In this document: positions 1-12,043 of the stretch, one piece after another
Numbering within the stretch: the stretch's first letter is position 1
Layout: every line of letters begins with the position of its first letter
Source of the DNA: Thalia democratica
Taxonomy: Eukaryota
DNA: 64,000 nucleotides
NCBI GenBank assembly: GCA_965202585.1
Contig: OZ241830.1
Coordinates: 29,636,001 to 29,700,000, forward strand
Direction of reading: 5' to 3'
Made by a program: the position numbers and the translations under genes
Notes under the pieces: generated by a model
The model's input: only the letters and a program-made list of their open reading frames with translations
Database searches by the model: none
Told to the model about the DNA's origin: nothing

Positions 1-888
1 ACCACCAACTCCAGAATATCTAAAGTAAGTATCAGAGTACAGCTTAGTAGCTCCTCTTTTTACAGTTTGTGGCCTCCTAAATTTCCTTAAAGTTTCCCAA
101 ATGATGTAGTATAACTTTCAAAACTACTTTAAAACATAATTGAGACTTTTTTTCGCTTATCTTTATAAACTACAGAATATCTAATGTAAAATTTTATTTG
201 TGACTCCCCTGTGGCCCCTTTACTGCCAATGGACCCAAGTTTGGCTCATTTGCTGCTTATTGCTCCAAGAGGGCCACTTAACCCATTTTTGGAAACCCTG
301 ATATAAAGAAATAGCTGTTGAGCGAAAACAAGATCTCTTTCTAAAGAAAACTTAACATAAAACTAATACTTATTTAGATAGCATTGACTTCGTAAATGCC
401 AGCTATATAAATATTTTTAGAAAGTTAGAGAATAATTAATAAATTTTTTATCAACATAAACAAACAGGCATTGGTTGAACAAACCAGTTACAGGATCACT
501 TTCCAAGGAGACCTCCACACTTACAGGTCAGTTATAAAATAAATAGTATTAACTAATCAAAAAGATGAATCATAATATAGTTGCACCTGCACTTTTACAG
601 GTGATTTCCTAGTGTCTAAATGAACTTGTAAATAATTAATTACATATTAATAAGACTTATGCAACTTTTTAAAACATTTTTTCAAGTTTACCTAGGTAAA
701 TAATAAAACAAAAATGTTGAGATTTTATGATATTAGTTTTGTTACGTTAATTGTAAAACCCTTATAGATGCTGTGATGATGTTTGGACTCTGTATATGAA
801 GAATGGAAAGTACAAAGTTGGTTTGGAGACGGTTCACTGCGATAACGTGAAATTTGTTTGTTGCAATGGAAAGAAATCAGATAAATAG
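1..888 (+). CDS. GTF2A2: TFIIA gamma (small) subunit-like gene, 3' part; coding exons <1-24, 494-526, 768-888
   Basis: Donor GTAAGT at 25, acceptor TTACAG at 493, donor GTCAGT at 527, acceptor TTATAG at 767. The spliced frame reads PPTPEYLK-ITFQGDLHTYR-CCDDVWTLYMKNGKYKVGLETVHCDNVKFVCCNGKKSDK*. It aligns without gaps to the TFIIA-gamma C-terminus as I recall it (VNFRGSLNTYRFCDNVWT...DKVKIVACDGK). It may be a paralog rather than the ortholog. Confidence 0.85.
197..300. mobile_element. hAT-like MITE fragment inside the TFIIA-gamma intron
   Basis: Ends in GGAAACCCTG. Its GGCCCC-containing interior resembles the elements at 17853-18112 and 25625-25915. The left end was not resolved. Confidence 0.45.
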
Positions 889-903
889 ATTATGGGTTTA
901 TAC

Positions 904-1042
904 CACGGGTTTCCAATACTTATTATGATAATTGCTCCCTTTAAATATATTTATAAATAAGCCACCCTCTCTTTATTAAATATCACCAATTTACTTTCTT
1001 GATTCCTACTACCCCTGCTTTTAGTCCACTTTTGGCACCCTG
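904..1042. mobile_element. Short hAT-like MITE
   Basis: Termini CACGGGTTTCCAA ... TTTTGGCACCCTG. The flanking 8-mers GTTTATAC and GTGTAAAT match only partly. Confidence 0.45.
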
Positions 1043-2889
1043 GTGTAAATTTACTTCGGCTACTGACATCTTACTGATTAATGCATCGTCATTTACCTAC
1101 AGTTTAGTGATTTAGTTGCATAATAAACATGTTTAGACTGAGCAGTAGTTTGTTTTTGTATAATTATATTTATTATTTGAAACTATAAACAGTTTTAGAC
1201 AGAACTAGATGTCTAAACAAAAAGTTTTTTTTTTTAATTTATTTCATTTGCTTTCCAGTAAACATTTTAAACAAATAGTTTATTAATTTCATTCAGTAAC
1301 TGTATTCATTATTGTACAAAGTATTAGATTTAAAAAAAATTGTAATTAACTCGAAGCAACTCCTAGTATTTTGATAAATATATTCGAACCCATTTTTAAC
1401 ATGTTTGGAGTAATTCTCAATAGAAATCATATGAGCCATATATTACTATTTTTAATTGATTAACAAATTAAAAAATATATACCTCGCAGTAACGCGTAAA
1501 AGTGTCTTAAAGTAAAGTATTAAAAAAGAAATAAGAAATTTTCAAAATATATTAGTTAATAATTTGTTCTACTATACAGCTTGTATAATTATTTCTGTAA
1601 AAATATAATTTTGATAAGTAACATATGCTAGCATCAGTTTACTTAATTTGTATGATTTTTTAAATTTTAACCCACATGGAAAGTTTCAAACACATTAAGA
1701 ATGGTTTTTGATTTATTTATCACACGATGTTTTCATGATAATTAAAAACTGGTTGAGATTTTTTATTTCACGTTTAAGTTTTTACTAACTTGTAGTCATT
1801 ATGGTACAACAGATTATTAAACGACAAGAAATAGCAAAAAGTTTAGTTCATAATTCTTTTGTACGAAAAAAACTTTAGGTTGTTGAGATTTACACCGTAT
1901 GGATATCTTTTTGTCTTGTCCAGGACTTCATAATAAATAATAGTAAGAATTTTTTTTTTACGACTTGCTTTGCGCGTTGATATGTAAATATATAAAATAA
2001 AAACTACATCTAGTGTGTTAGTGGATAAAATCATTCATTAAACAGTTTGACACCTAAAAAATACAGGATTTGTTTAAACTTTGCATAATGTTTATGAAAT
2101 AATTTTTTTTTAGCATAATCAACTTATTCTAAAGATATTATTTATTTTCATATGCCTACCTGTAGTTTGAACATAAATATTTACACGGGTCAAAAACAGG
2201 GTGTGTTTAAAATTTTTAGTGGGATAGCACACCTTTTTTGATATTTAGAGTATTTTCTTTATTAATTGTTAGTAGAACACTTTAGAAAATTAAAAAAAAA
2301 ACGGTGTTTACTTTTCTGATAAATAAAAATGTCTAAATGTTTTATAAAATACTATTAAAACAAGAGTTGTTATAAGTAGTCCAGTTTTATAATATAAAGT
2401 ATAATAATTTAAATATAAACATAAGTCCTGTTGACATTGATTAACTGAAAACTTCACTTACATAGTAAATCTGGAATGTGTAACAAAAACTTTTAATCAG
2501 AGAAAACTAAAAACTAAATAAATATAAAAATAGTTAATTGTCCTTCTAACAGAAAAAAATTAATAATGATATCTAAATAATTGACTTAGTCAAACAATGA
2601 AATTTGCGACCTAAATAAAACATTTATGTTTACGAGAGTTGCATATTTAAAAACGAAAACCCTTTGAGCTGTAAAATAATTCAAAAATAGTTTTTTAAAA
2701 TCTTGATCAATTTGATAAATTTAAATGAAAACTTTAAAAGTGAACTTTTTTAATTATGAAAATTAATAATTTTTTCTACATCATAAAAATTTAAAGCTAA
2801 GCCATTATGTTGACGTTTTAACGAAAAAAAAAACTTTGTTATTATTTAAAAAAACATATATACTAACTTCATTTGACAGCAAAAAATAA

Positions 2890-3300
2890 CAACAAAAAAC
2901 ATCGGCGAAAGTCTGCAGAGCAAAAGTCCGGACTTTTGTTTGCCGTGAGACAAGCTCAAGTTTAACAATAGGGTTGATCACGCCAATTCGATCATCAGAC
3001 CACAAGTTTCGGTAGACTGAGACCGGTTTCGTCCTTATTAGGACTCATCAGTCAGTCACAACCGAAAAACTTGTAGTCGTCAATATACAAACGGTTTATC
3101 ATGCTTCCACATGAAGCAACCATTTGCTGGCAATGATCAGTGACGTGAGCATTGTCGTTGCCGTTCAACGTTTTAAAACATTGTCCACTAGGCAAGACAT
3201 CTGGTTAGCTCGTTTTAGTACTATCAACAAAAAACATCGGCGAAAGTCTGCAGAGCAGAAGTCCGGACTTTGGTTTGCCGTGAGACAAGATCAAGTTTAA
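2890..3300 (-). repeat. Retrozyme-like tandem repeat, ~1.2 units of 335 bp, containing a hammerhead ribozyme
   Basis: AACAAAAAACATCGGCGAAAGTCTGCAGAGC occurs at 2891 and 3226 (period 335). It is homologous to 36631-37126 and has no credible ORF. Confidence 0.85.
3002..3074 (-). ncRNA. Type I hammerhead ribozyme with intact core; predicted cleavage GUC| between 3021 and 3020
   Basis: The minus strand reads ACAAGU-UU-UUCGGU-UGU-GACUGA CUGAUGA GUCC-UAAUAA-GGAC GAAA C-CG-G UC| UCAGUC-U-ACCGAA-ACUUGU. This gives the canonical CUGANGA/GAAA core, a 4-bp stem II, a minimal palindromic stem III (ACCGGU) and a three-segment stem I. Confidence 0.92.
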
Positions 3301-5751
3301 AATAGTGGATTATGTATTTTTAGTATACTTTCAAAAATTATAACCTGTTCAATTGCATTATTTTTTGCTCATTCCAGATTTACAGGGGTCACCTAGTGAA
3401 CAGTAAACTAGTAAAAACAAGTCCCTGCTATAATGAAGAAACGTATTATTGCAAACATTTTTTTTTTGTTGTGATTTAGTAACACGTTTAACGATAGAGA
3501 AAATCTTCTGTTGTAGCTAAAATACTTATCTATAAACTTTTATTTTCTTAAGTTACTATTTATAAAACCAAAACATAAACTTTTAATTTGTGTTTAAAGA
3601 AAAACACAAAAAATCAAGTAAATATTATACTTTTTTATCATAAACCCAAAACTAAACAGTTTAGATAGCTATTTTGGAAACAAATTTAAATAAATAACAA
3701 AATTTATATACTATATATACTAGACTTATTATTACTTTGAAATGTTTTTTGTTTTCAGTGAACTAATTGTAAACTAAACTAAACTGTAAGTTTGAGTTAG
3801 TATTTAACCAGTTAAAAAAAATTAAACATTATTGGTCTTTTCTTTGACAGCTAAAGTTGTAGGTTTATTTCTTACTTTTCATTTGTTTTTAATACTTTTT
3901 AAAATTTTTCTGTTTAATCTCTTTTTTTTTTCTTCGGTAGTAGTTTTTTTAATATTGTAAGAATTAGTTTGTATCATACTATAATACTAGTTCTAATTTT
4001 TATTAATAGTTAAGTGTATTTGATTAACATTATGTTCGTTTTACTTTTATCACTTTCATTTGTTAATTTTTGCTACAATTTTAGGAATCATTAATATTTA
4101 CTTTCACTACTTTATAAGAAACTGTTCACTTAAACTAATTAACATACGTTAAGAAACTTTGAATAAAATGTATATGTTTTTGACACTTGTCTTCAAAAAC
4201 TTGACTTACTTCTTTTAGTAAGTATTAAACTATGATTTCTACAGAATAAAACAAAAATTGTAAACCATAATGAATATAAATATAAGTTTGGAACTACTTT
4301 TAAACGCTGTTTTTGTTTATCTTTTTTTTTAAACCTAATTGAAACTAATGTTAGTAGTTATAAACCTTTTGTACTTTTTACTTTTTAAAAGTGATTTTAA
4401 TAGTTGTGACAAGTAGCTTTAAGGTTTAAGTCATGTCTTTTCAATTTTTTGTATATTATTTTCTACTAGTTATTAAAACTTTAAAATTTGCTAATTAAAC
4501 TATGTTAAGTAAATATAGTCGTGTAAGTACAAACTTAGTAAGCATTATAGTTAAGATAAGTTTAAAATTTTACTATTTGAAAAAAAATTTAAGCAAAATT
4601 AAGTTATTATTTCAATGCATTTACTAACTTCAAACTTAAGTTTCAAATTTTATTCATAAAAATATCTATTTAAAAATTCTAACAAAGATTTGATTTGAGA
4701 TTAAAATGAGATTAACAAAGTCCTAGTATATAAGAAACCTTTCAAAACAGGTTAAACTCGACTATTTGTTAATTAACCAGTTTTGTTTTTCAAGCCTTAA
4801 GACTTTCAACTTGAAAATTTTCTTACTCAACATAAAGCTGAGCAGTAGTAATATAATGATAAAATATCAAAAAATTTACAAAAACTTAATTAAAACTGTG
4901 TCGTTAATGAAATTTAGTTATGGTCTAGGAAAAGTTGGAATATATGCAGTTGTTTTATTGTTCGAACAAAAGTTACGAATAAATTATGATTAAACTTGAG
5001 ATTTTGTTTATTTTATACGCGGTCAACGATCCTAAACACATACCGGTAAAATTTTTGTATATGAAATTTCGTGTGGTGTTAATGAAAAGTAGGATCAAGA
5101 CTAGATGATCACATCAAAACTTAGTATGAAAAGGGTTTTGATCTGTCGAAAGACGATGTTTCGAGTTATGATGGTAGAAAAACTTGTTACAGGTTACAGT
5201 TTTAGACATTTTTAACAACTGCTTTAAATCTTTTTTTGGAAAATGTTCACTTCAATTAAATAAAGTACTTTTAGAAATTTTTTAGTTTGTGCTTATGACA
5301 TTTAACTTCAAAAACAAAACTTCTTTTATAAATAACTTAAAAGCTTTGATTTGTACTAAATAATACTAAAAACTTTAGTAATTTTCACTAAACTGATAAC
5401 AGGATAAAAATCCTAAATTTTATTTTACTTATTTTTTTTCTTTTCTTCTTTTAATTTCAAAAAGGAACAGCATTCATTCAGGGTTTTTGTTCCAAACTTA
5501 TGTTATAAAGACTTAAAGTAGCAATATTATTTAGCATTTAAATTTTTTAACTATGCACATAAGTTTTAATAACCAGTTTAAATTTGGTGAACCGATCAAC
5601 ATTTGAAGTTGTAAATATATAGCTATACTTTTATTATTTTATTCGTAGCATTTTTTTTTACTGTATCTTAAACTTCACACGAAAAACACTCTAAGAACAA
5701 AAAGGAAAAAATTTTGCATTAAACCTAAAAGTTTATTTATGACAGATAAGA

Positions 5752-6003
5752 TTATCTGAAAACATTTCGACCATTTATTAATTGCCTTGAACCACTGGGG
5801 TGGTGCCTAGAATCACTTGGGCAGTATTTTGAACCGTTTGAGCGGTACCTTGTAGAACATCGGCCATTAGACTTGGTTGGCAATTGGTTCAGGAAATAGT
5901 AAATCACTGATGCTGCTGCAACTATGAACATCTATGGACCAAAAGTGCTAATCAAAGAGTTAAGTTGGTAGTTTCCGACAGTCCTTGGTAGTGAGAAAAA
6001 CAT
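5752..6003 (-). pseudogene. Candidate small single-TM ORF interrupted by one TAG (or a 59-aa ORF at 5752-5931)
   Basis: GC-richer patch. It reads MFFSLPRTVGNYQLNSLISTFGP*MFIVAAASVIYYFLNQLPTKSNGRCSTRYRSNGSKYCPSDSRHHPSGSRQLINGRNVFR*, with TAG at 5932-5934 directly before the ATG. No homology recognised. Confidence 0.3.
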
Positions 6004-6129
6004 TATAAAATTTATTTGCAAATATAAAAATATGTTTGAAAAAATCTTAAAAAAATTCTTTACGTACTGACAAAAAAGCTTGATTTATACCGAGTTCTAT
6101 ACACTGTTATTGTTTATTGAAAGATATCT

Positions 6130-6200
6130 AAAGCGCTGAAAAATTTGGTCTAAGGACCTGGTGTATAAAGGAACCTTTCGGTTATCGAGTCGTACACCAC
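6130..6200 (+). repeat. Short dispersed repeat, copy 1 (others at 23839-23912 and 33909-33963)
   Basis: An AAGCGCT(G/C)AAAA..TTTGGTC.A.G.CCTGGTGTA...TTCGGT motif occurs in three same-strand copies. Confidence 0.6.
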
Positions 6201-8841
6201 AATCAATTATATTTTGAAGTTTATAATTGATCTAATCAGTACATTAGTTTAACATGTATCCTACATTCGGATAAGTGAAGTCCGGATAAGTGGATAAGCA
6301 CTGTACTATATAAATTTGTTAAATCTTTAGGTTTAAAAATATTAATGCTACAAATATACTTAAAACACTCTTAATATTGAAATTTGACTTTATCATAACA
6401 TCTTATTAATAAACTGTTCATGATATCAAAAATATTTTTGCTTTATCAGTTTATATCCTAAGCTGTTACTACTACTAGCTCTTTTAGTTACAACTAATTT
6501 TGTTTGTTGCCATCAGCTTAAATGTAGTTTTCTAACCAAGATAGTTCTGATAAAATGTTTTAAATAGTTTAGATTTATGAACTACTAAATAACTAAAAAA
6601 TACTTATTAAATCTATAATAGATTATATCTCATTTCTTTAGATTTATCATTCCTTAAAGAAAACTAGTTTGCTTGACTTTTTACATATATAGAAGCATTT
6701 AAAACAGTTCTTAATCAATTGTAAATCAATTACAAATCGTAAACTAAAACGAACAATATATATATATGAAGAAAAATGTAACGAGCATTGGATTTGAAAT
6801 ACATAAAATAAAGCCAGGTTAAAAAAAATAAAAAAAGTGCTAATATTTAAAAACGTAAACTGAAAATGAAAGTTTCCAAACAGGACTCGGCCAGTAGTTT
6901 TTACAACTATTAATAATATACCCTGTGTAAATTTTAAAAAACTTTTTTTCTAAAATTTCTCATTTTAATAGGGTTTAGTATATATTATTTTCACTTTAAG
7001 AACTTTACTTCTTTTGTTCTACACTAAATCATCAAATTACATGGCTTTTAGGAATACATACTACTATTTTGAAATTCGTTCAGTAACTAATCATTTGTTC
7101 AGTTTAACATGTGAATATATTGAAGGTTCACTTTTTTATTAGAAAAGTCTTAACTTGAAATAAGTTTTAACTTAAAATTTTAAAATGTTTAAGACAACTT
7201 TTCATTAACAAAATTACAATTGTTTTGCAACATTAATTTAAAACTTGGTTTATCAAAACTTTTATAAATAATTTTTAATAACAACTGATACATTATTAAA
7301 ACTTGTACTATTAATAATTAAATTAGATTATATATATAGCAATTAGTGTGGCGTCATAATGGAATTTTGTTGGTTTACACTTTAGCTTGTGACAAATAGT
7401 TGTAATGCTTTATATAGACCTTGTTTGGAATGTCACTGACTGATGTGTGTTTTAAAACTAACTGGATTGAATAAAAAGTTGTTTTGTTGAAATTAAAGCT
7501 TGATCTTTCTTTTAGTGTTTCTAAACTTTCGATTTTCCTTTGTATTTTTGTTTGTTATATAAATATTCTAGAATGATTGCGTTAGATACGGTTTTTACAG
7601 TTCGTAAATTGTTATAAAACTAAAAAAAATTGTTATTTTATAATCTTGTATGTTTATAACAATCTCAAAAATTTAAAAATTAATACAGTGCTCGAAAATG
7701 TTTTACATTTTAAATATTTAGTTTTCTTAATTATGTACAAAACTTAATTATTTTGGTTTTAATACGTTTTTCACTTTTAGTAAAAAAAAACATTTTTTGA
7801 TAAGTTTTTTTATTTGCTGAACTTTTTATAACTACCACTGATTAAAATTCTCTATTTTGTTATAAAGTTTTATAAGTTAATGCATATCCAGGTTTCAACT
7901 TAAAAATAAAGTTTTAATAGTTATACTTTTGTAATAGTTTTTTTAACTATGTTTCTTATGGTAATTTCTGCTTTTTGGTGCAAGATTAAAAACTTATCGA
8001 TTCGACAGGCCAGATGTGGCAGGGTTTTAAAACACTGGAGATCGGATATACTAGACTTTTGCAGACCGTTTAAAACCCTTGAGTCCAACCACAAAGTTAT
8101 GGCAATAAAATCTTGAAACTAGATAAACTATTTACGTGTAAATGAGTTGAAGTTATATTTTTGTTAAGTTATTTATCAAAACTGTTTTCAAATACAAGTT
8201 TTAAGCTGAATAGCCGTACAATCGTACTTGAATACGGGTTGAATGTAGCGGAACAATTTCTCACCAGAACATTTATAGAGAAAATTATTGATTTGCGTAA
8301 ATGTAGTTATAATTTTACAAAACCGCGTTAACAATGCACATTAATAAAAAATAATTAAAGAATGCCAGGCGAAAACATAATGTTAAGTATCAAAAGCAAT
8401 TTAAATATTACAAGTGCGTTTTTAAGTTTGACAAGTTGCAGAATCTATTTTAATGCATATTTAGACTTTTGTACGGATTTAAAATATTTAGTTCATGCAA
8501 AGCCAAAATCAGTAAGCTATATACTAACTTGTGAAAAATACATGTTCAAGTAAAGTATTACGCGTTGCTGCAGATCTAAGGTCGCTTCTGATTGGCTGAT
8601 AATTAACTTATTTATACTTTTTAGTTTAAACTAATAAAACATTCTATTTTCAGTTAATTTTAATATATTTGGGAAAGGTGGGTTAGGAAAAAAGGTATTC
8701 TTAATGTTCTGCTGTATTGACACTCTACATCATTTGCATTATGTAATATATGAAAATAATACCTAAACCTTACAACTGCAGCCGATCAGTATTACTTACT
8801 TGATAGAGGCATTCAATTCAATATTTTATATATGCTTAGAA

Positions 8842-9143
8842 CAAGGGGCTGGAAAACTGCGGCCTGTGGGCCAAAATCTGTGGCTGGGAGGTACTGTTAA
8901 GTCAAAATCATAGTTTTTTATAACAATAAAAAAAAAAAAATTGCAATAAAATTAGCACTCATTACTAGTGTTTAATTAATTCTTTTTTTTTCGGTTAAAA
9001 AACATTATTTATTTTATTTTTAAACACATTATTACGACTGTTTTGAAATTACTACGCCCCTTTTTTTAAATAATCTCTAAACTTAACCACGAGTTTATTC
9101 AAGGAAAATTGGCCCACTAGTTACAACAGGCTGCCGACCTCTG
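8842..9143. mobile_element. hAT (Charlie-like) MITE with perfect 8-bp TSD
   Basis: TSD GCTTAGAA at 8834-8841 and 9144-9151. Termini CAAGGGGCTGGAAAACTGCGGCC ... GGCTGCCGACCTCTG. Confidence 0.85.
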
Positions 9144-9992
9144 GCTTAGAATAAGAAAGTTTGAATGTATATCTTCAAATTCGTTATAGGTTAATTTTTT
9201 CAGAGTTATAATTATTTAAACTATGTTACAACATTAAAATTTAAAACAAAAAAACCTAATACGTTGCTATAACTTATAAATAAGATTATTTAACCAATAA
9301 TATAACTATCATCAAAATTATGAATTACCAACAAAATATTGTCAGCTAAACAATTTTTCATGACAGATAAAATAAATTAACTTTGCTGTTGCACTCACTT
9401 ATTTTTTTAAGAGAGAAAGTTGATACCATACAAAAGTAGATAGGTTTTGGAATTTTAAAATATTTTTTTTTGTATCGTGAACAGCACTACATCTAAATAA
9501 ATAATTTGTTTTTATAAAATTTACGGAGAATATTACGATTTTAGTCTTATTAATTAATTAATCTAGTACAAATATCTAGTACAATAGATTTTTTATGATC
9601 TGAAGCCAAATTTTAGTAACAAAGCAAAATGCTACATAGTGGTCTTTGATACTTAAATTTATTTAAGACCCTTAACTAGTTTTTACTATAAAAATGGTAA
9701 TTTTAGTACAGTACAGCAAAAATAGACACTTTTAGATTAACTATTAAGTATTTACTTACAAAAGAAAAACAATCAATTTCTAGTTTAAAAATAGTTTATT
9801 TAACCAGGCGAATGTACAATTAATATCATACAAGAAAGAACTGTTGGTAATCCAGTAGAAAAAAACAATGTAAGTTGGAAATTTTTCTTTTTCACGATGA
9901 AAATTTAAATATTAAGGTTAATCTAACTTTTTTATTTTTTAAGTGGCAATTTACTAAGAATTTCCTAATATTTTCTAACAACATTACTAATT

Positions 9993-10334
9993 TTAAAAGA
10001 AACCAGTGACATAGTCTATTGTGTTCCAGCAATAACCGCATACGTGGCAAAAAATGAAAGCAATAATAAAAGTTTTACTTAATGCCACAAAATTCTTAAA
10101 AACACCCAACAAAATTTGCAATAATTTCTTCGCTATGAAGTATAAAACAAATACTGCTATCAATCCGAATATGAGGTGGAAATAGGAGATTTCACCGTTC
10201 AGTATTGTGGTGGTGTTGATCCCTGTCAAACTGCTGATGATTCCAGGCATTATATAGAACACCGTTTTGCCTGCATAATAAGCTGCTGTTACTGCTGTGC
10301 TGGTGGCATTGTATATTGGTGGTATAGTGTCCAT
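9993..10334 (-). CDS. Small hydrophobic (probably 2-TM) protein, family member A, 113 aa
   Basis: Intact ORF in a GC-richer patch. By manual count it is 72/113 identical, gap-free, to 31416-31757. An acceptor TTTTTTATAG|AAA lies right before the ATG. Confidence 0.85.
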   Translation of the reverse strand: MDTIPPIYNATSTAVTAAYYAGKTVFYIMPGIISSLTGINTTTILNGEISYFHLIFGLIAVFVLYFIAKKLLQILLGVFKNFVALSKTFIIAFIFCHVCGYCWNTIDYVTGFF

Positions 10335-10511
10335 TTTCTATAAAAAATTTGAATTAATACTAAAAATTTACTGGTTTAGTTACTGCATTTAAAATAGCAC
10401 TTTTTAAAGGATTTTACTGTAACAATTAATCACTAAACAAACAGTTATTTTATATTTTAAGTTCTTTTATCTTTTACATAATTTTAGAATTTAGTTTAGT
10501 TTTCAAGTTTA

Positions 10512-10923
10512 CAGGGTTGCTACTCGTTTTTCCAAAATTTTTCCAAGTTTTCCAAATTTCTTCAAGGATTTTTAAAGTACACCTTGTTCAGTCTACTTTT
10601 AGTTTTAAGTTAAAATTAAGGTAAGAAACTGTGTTTAAAAGTATAAAATCATTGAAAATATACTATAAATATTTATTTAAATAAAAAAAAAAATTTATGA
10701 CTACAATTTTTTTTTTATTTATATGATAGATATTTGGAGTAAAATCGTAATTTACTACTAAACATGTGATAATTGTTTAAATTTCAAGTTTTTTTTAGGT
10801 TTTTTAGTATTTGTTTTAAATTCCAGGTTTTTTTCAAAATTTCTAAAATTCCAGGTTTTTATATTTAGTCTAAATTGTCAAATTCCAGGTTTTTACAGGT
10901 TTCCAGGCAATGTGGCAACCCTG
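10512..10923. mobile_element. MITE with CAGGGTTGC(C/T)A terminal inverted repeats
   Basis: CAGGGTTGCTAC ... GTGGCAACCCTG, with TA on both flanks and internal TTCCAGGTTTT subrepeats. Confidence 0.8.
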
Positions 10924-11825
10924 TAGTTGTAGAAAAAGTTTAAATTCTAGCTGTTTTAGTTTTTTAGGACTATTTTTTAAAATGAAAGAACTTAACAAAT
11001 TTGTTCATTATTTTTTTTTTATATCACAGTTTGAGTGATTATAAGCTTTGTAGATTCATTTTAAAACAGTCTAATTTTGTGAAAATGAAAAATAAAATAA
11101 TGGAAATCTAAATCTAATTCAAAAAAATCTTATAAAATTTTGTTCAAGTAAACAGTCTTCTCAAAAAGAAAAAGAATAAACCCTGAATCTAATTTTATAT
11201 AATTTTCTGAGTAATTAAAATGCTACTATTTCAAGTACTTTTGATAGACTAGTTAAATACAACACTCATTCAAAACTTATTTTAGTTACTTAATATATTA
11301 GTTGCAAAAACCTACCAGTAAAATTAAAAGCCTAAAAATTAACCTAAATTAAAAAAAAAAAAAAAATTCACATTCAAGCTAAACAGTATGTTTTATGAAA
11401 TTTGGAGTAAATTAATTAACAAAAAAATAAACTTAATATTTTTCAAAATCTTAAGTTTACTAAACATTGATACAATAATATTGGAAATATTTTCTTAAAA
11501 ACACTTTTTATTATAAAAAGATTTTTTCTAAAATTTTTTACTATGTATAAGAAGTGTTATGTTATATTCTTAGGCCAATATTTTTCATAAGTGTCCAAGC
11601 ATTATTTATAAGAAGACAAAAATTTTAAGCTTCAATAAACTATAATTAACTTTAAATTATTTTTTTTAAATTAAGCTGATTTTAAGTTTTTATAACTTAA
11701 AAAATAAATTAAAAAAGTATAACAAAATGAGTAAAAGAAATCTTATTAAATCTATGCTTACGTTAGAAACAGCAAAAGAAAAAGAAAACATAATGTTTTA
11801 AAAAACTAATGTAAATTCATTAAAA

Positions 11826-12043
11826 CAGGGTTGCCATGCAAAATTCTACAATGTAGTCGGACTTAAAAGGATTTTTGGTATTTTTTCTACCATTTAAGGC
11901 TTCGAAGAATTTGTAAATTAGACTTGACAAATTATGACATTTTTAACTAAAAAACTGATTTTTTTGCCATTTTAATCCTAAAAATCCTGACTTTTTCCAA
12001 ATTTTTAAAATAAACTTATTTGTTCTGACCCAAGAAAACCCTG
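11826..12043. mobile_element. MITE, CAGGGTTGCCA family
   Basis: CAGGGTTGCCAT ... AAAACCCTG termini. Confidence 0.65.

Noticed and set aside
2805-3005. 66-aa ORF, and the 90-aa ORF at 36794-37066
   Set aside because: Both lie in the non-coding hammerhead repeat, use non-ATG starts, and do not share a conserved frame between the homologous loci.
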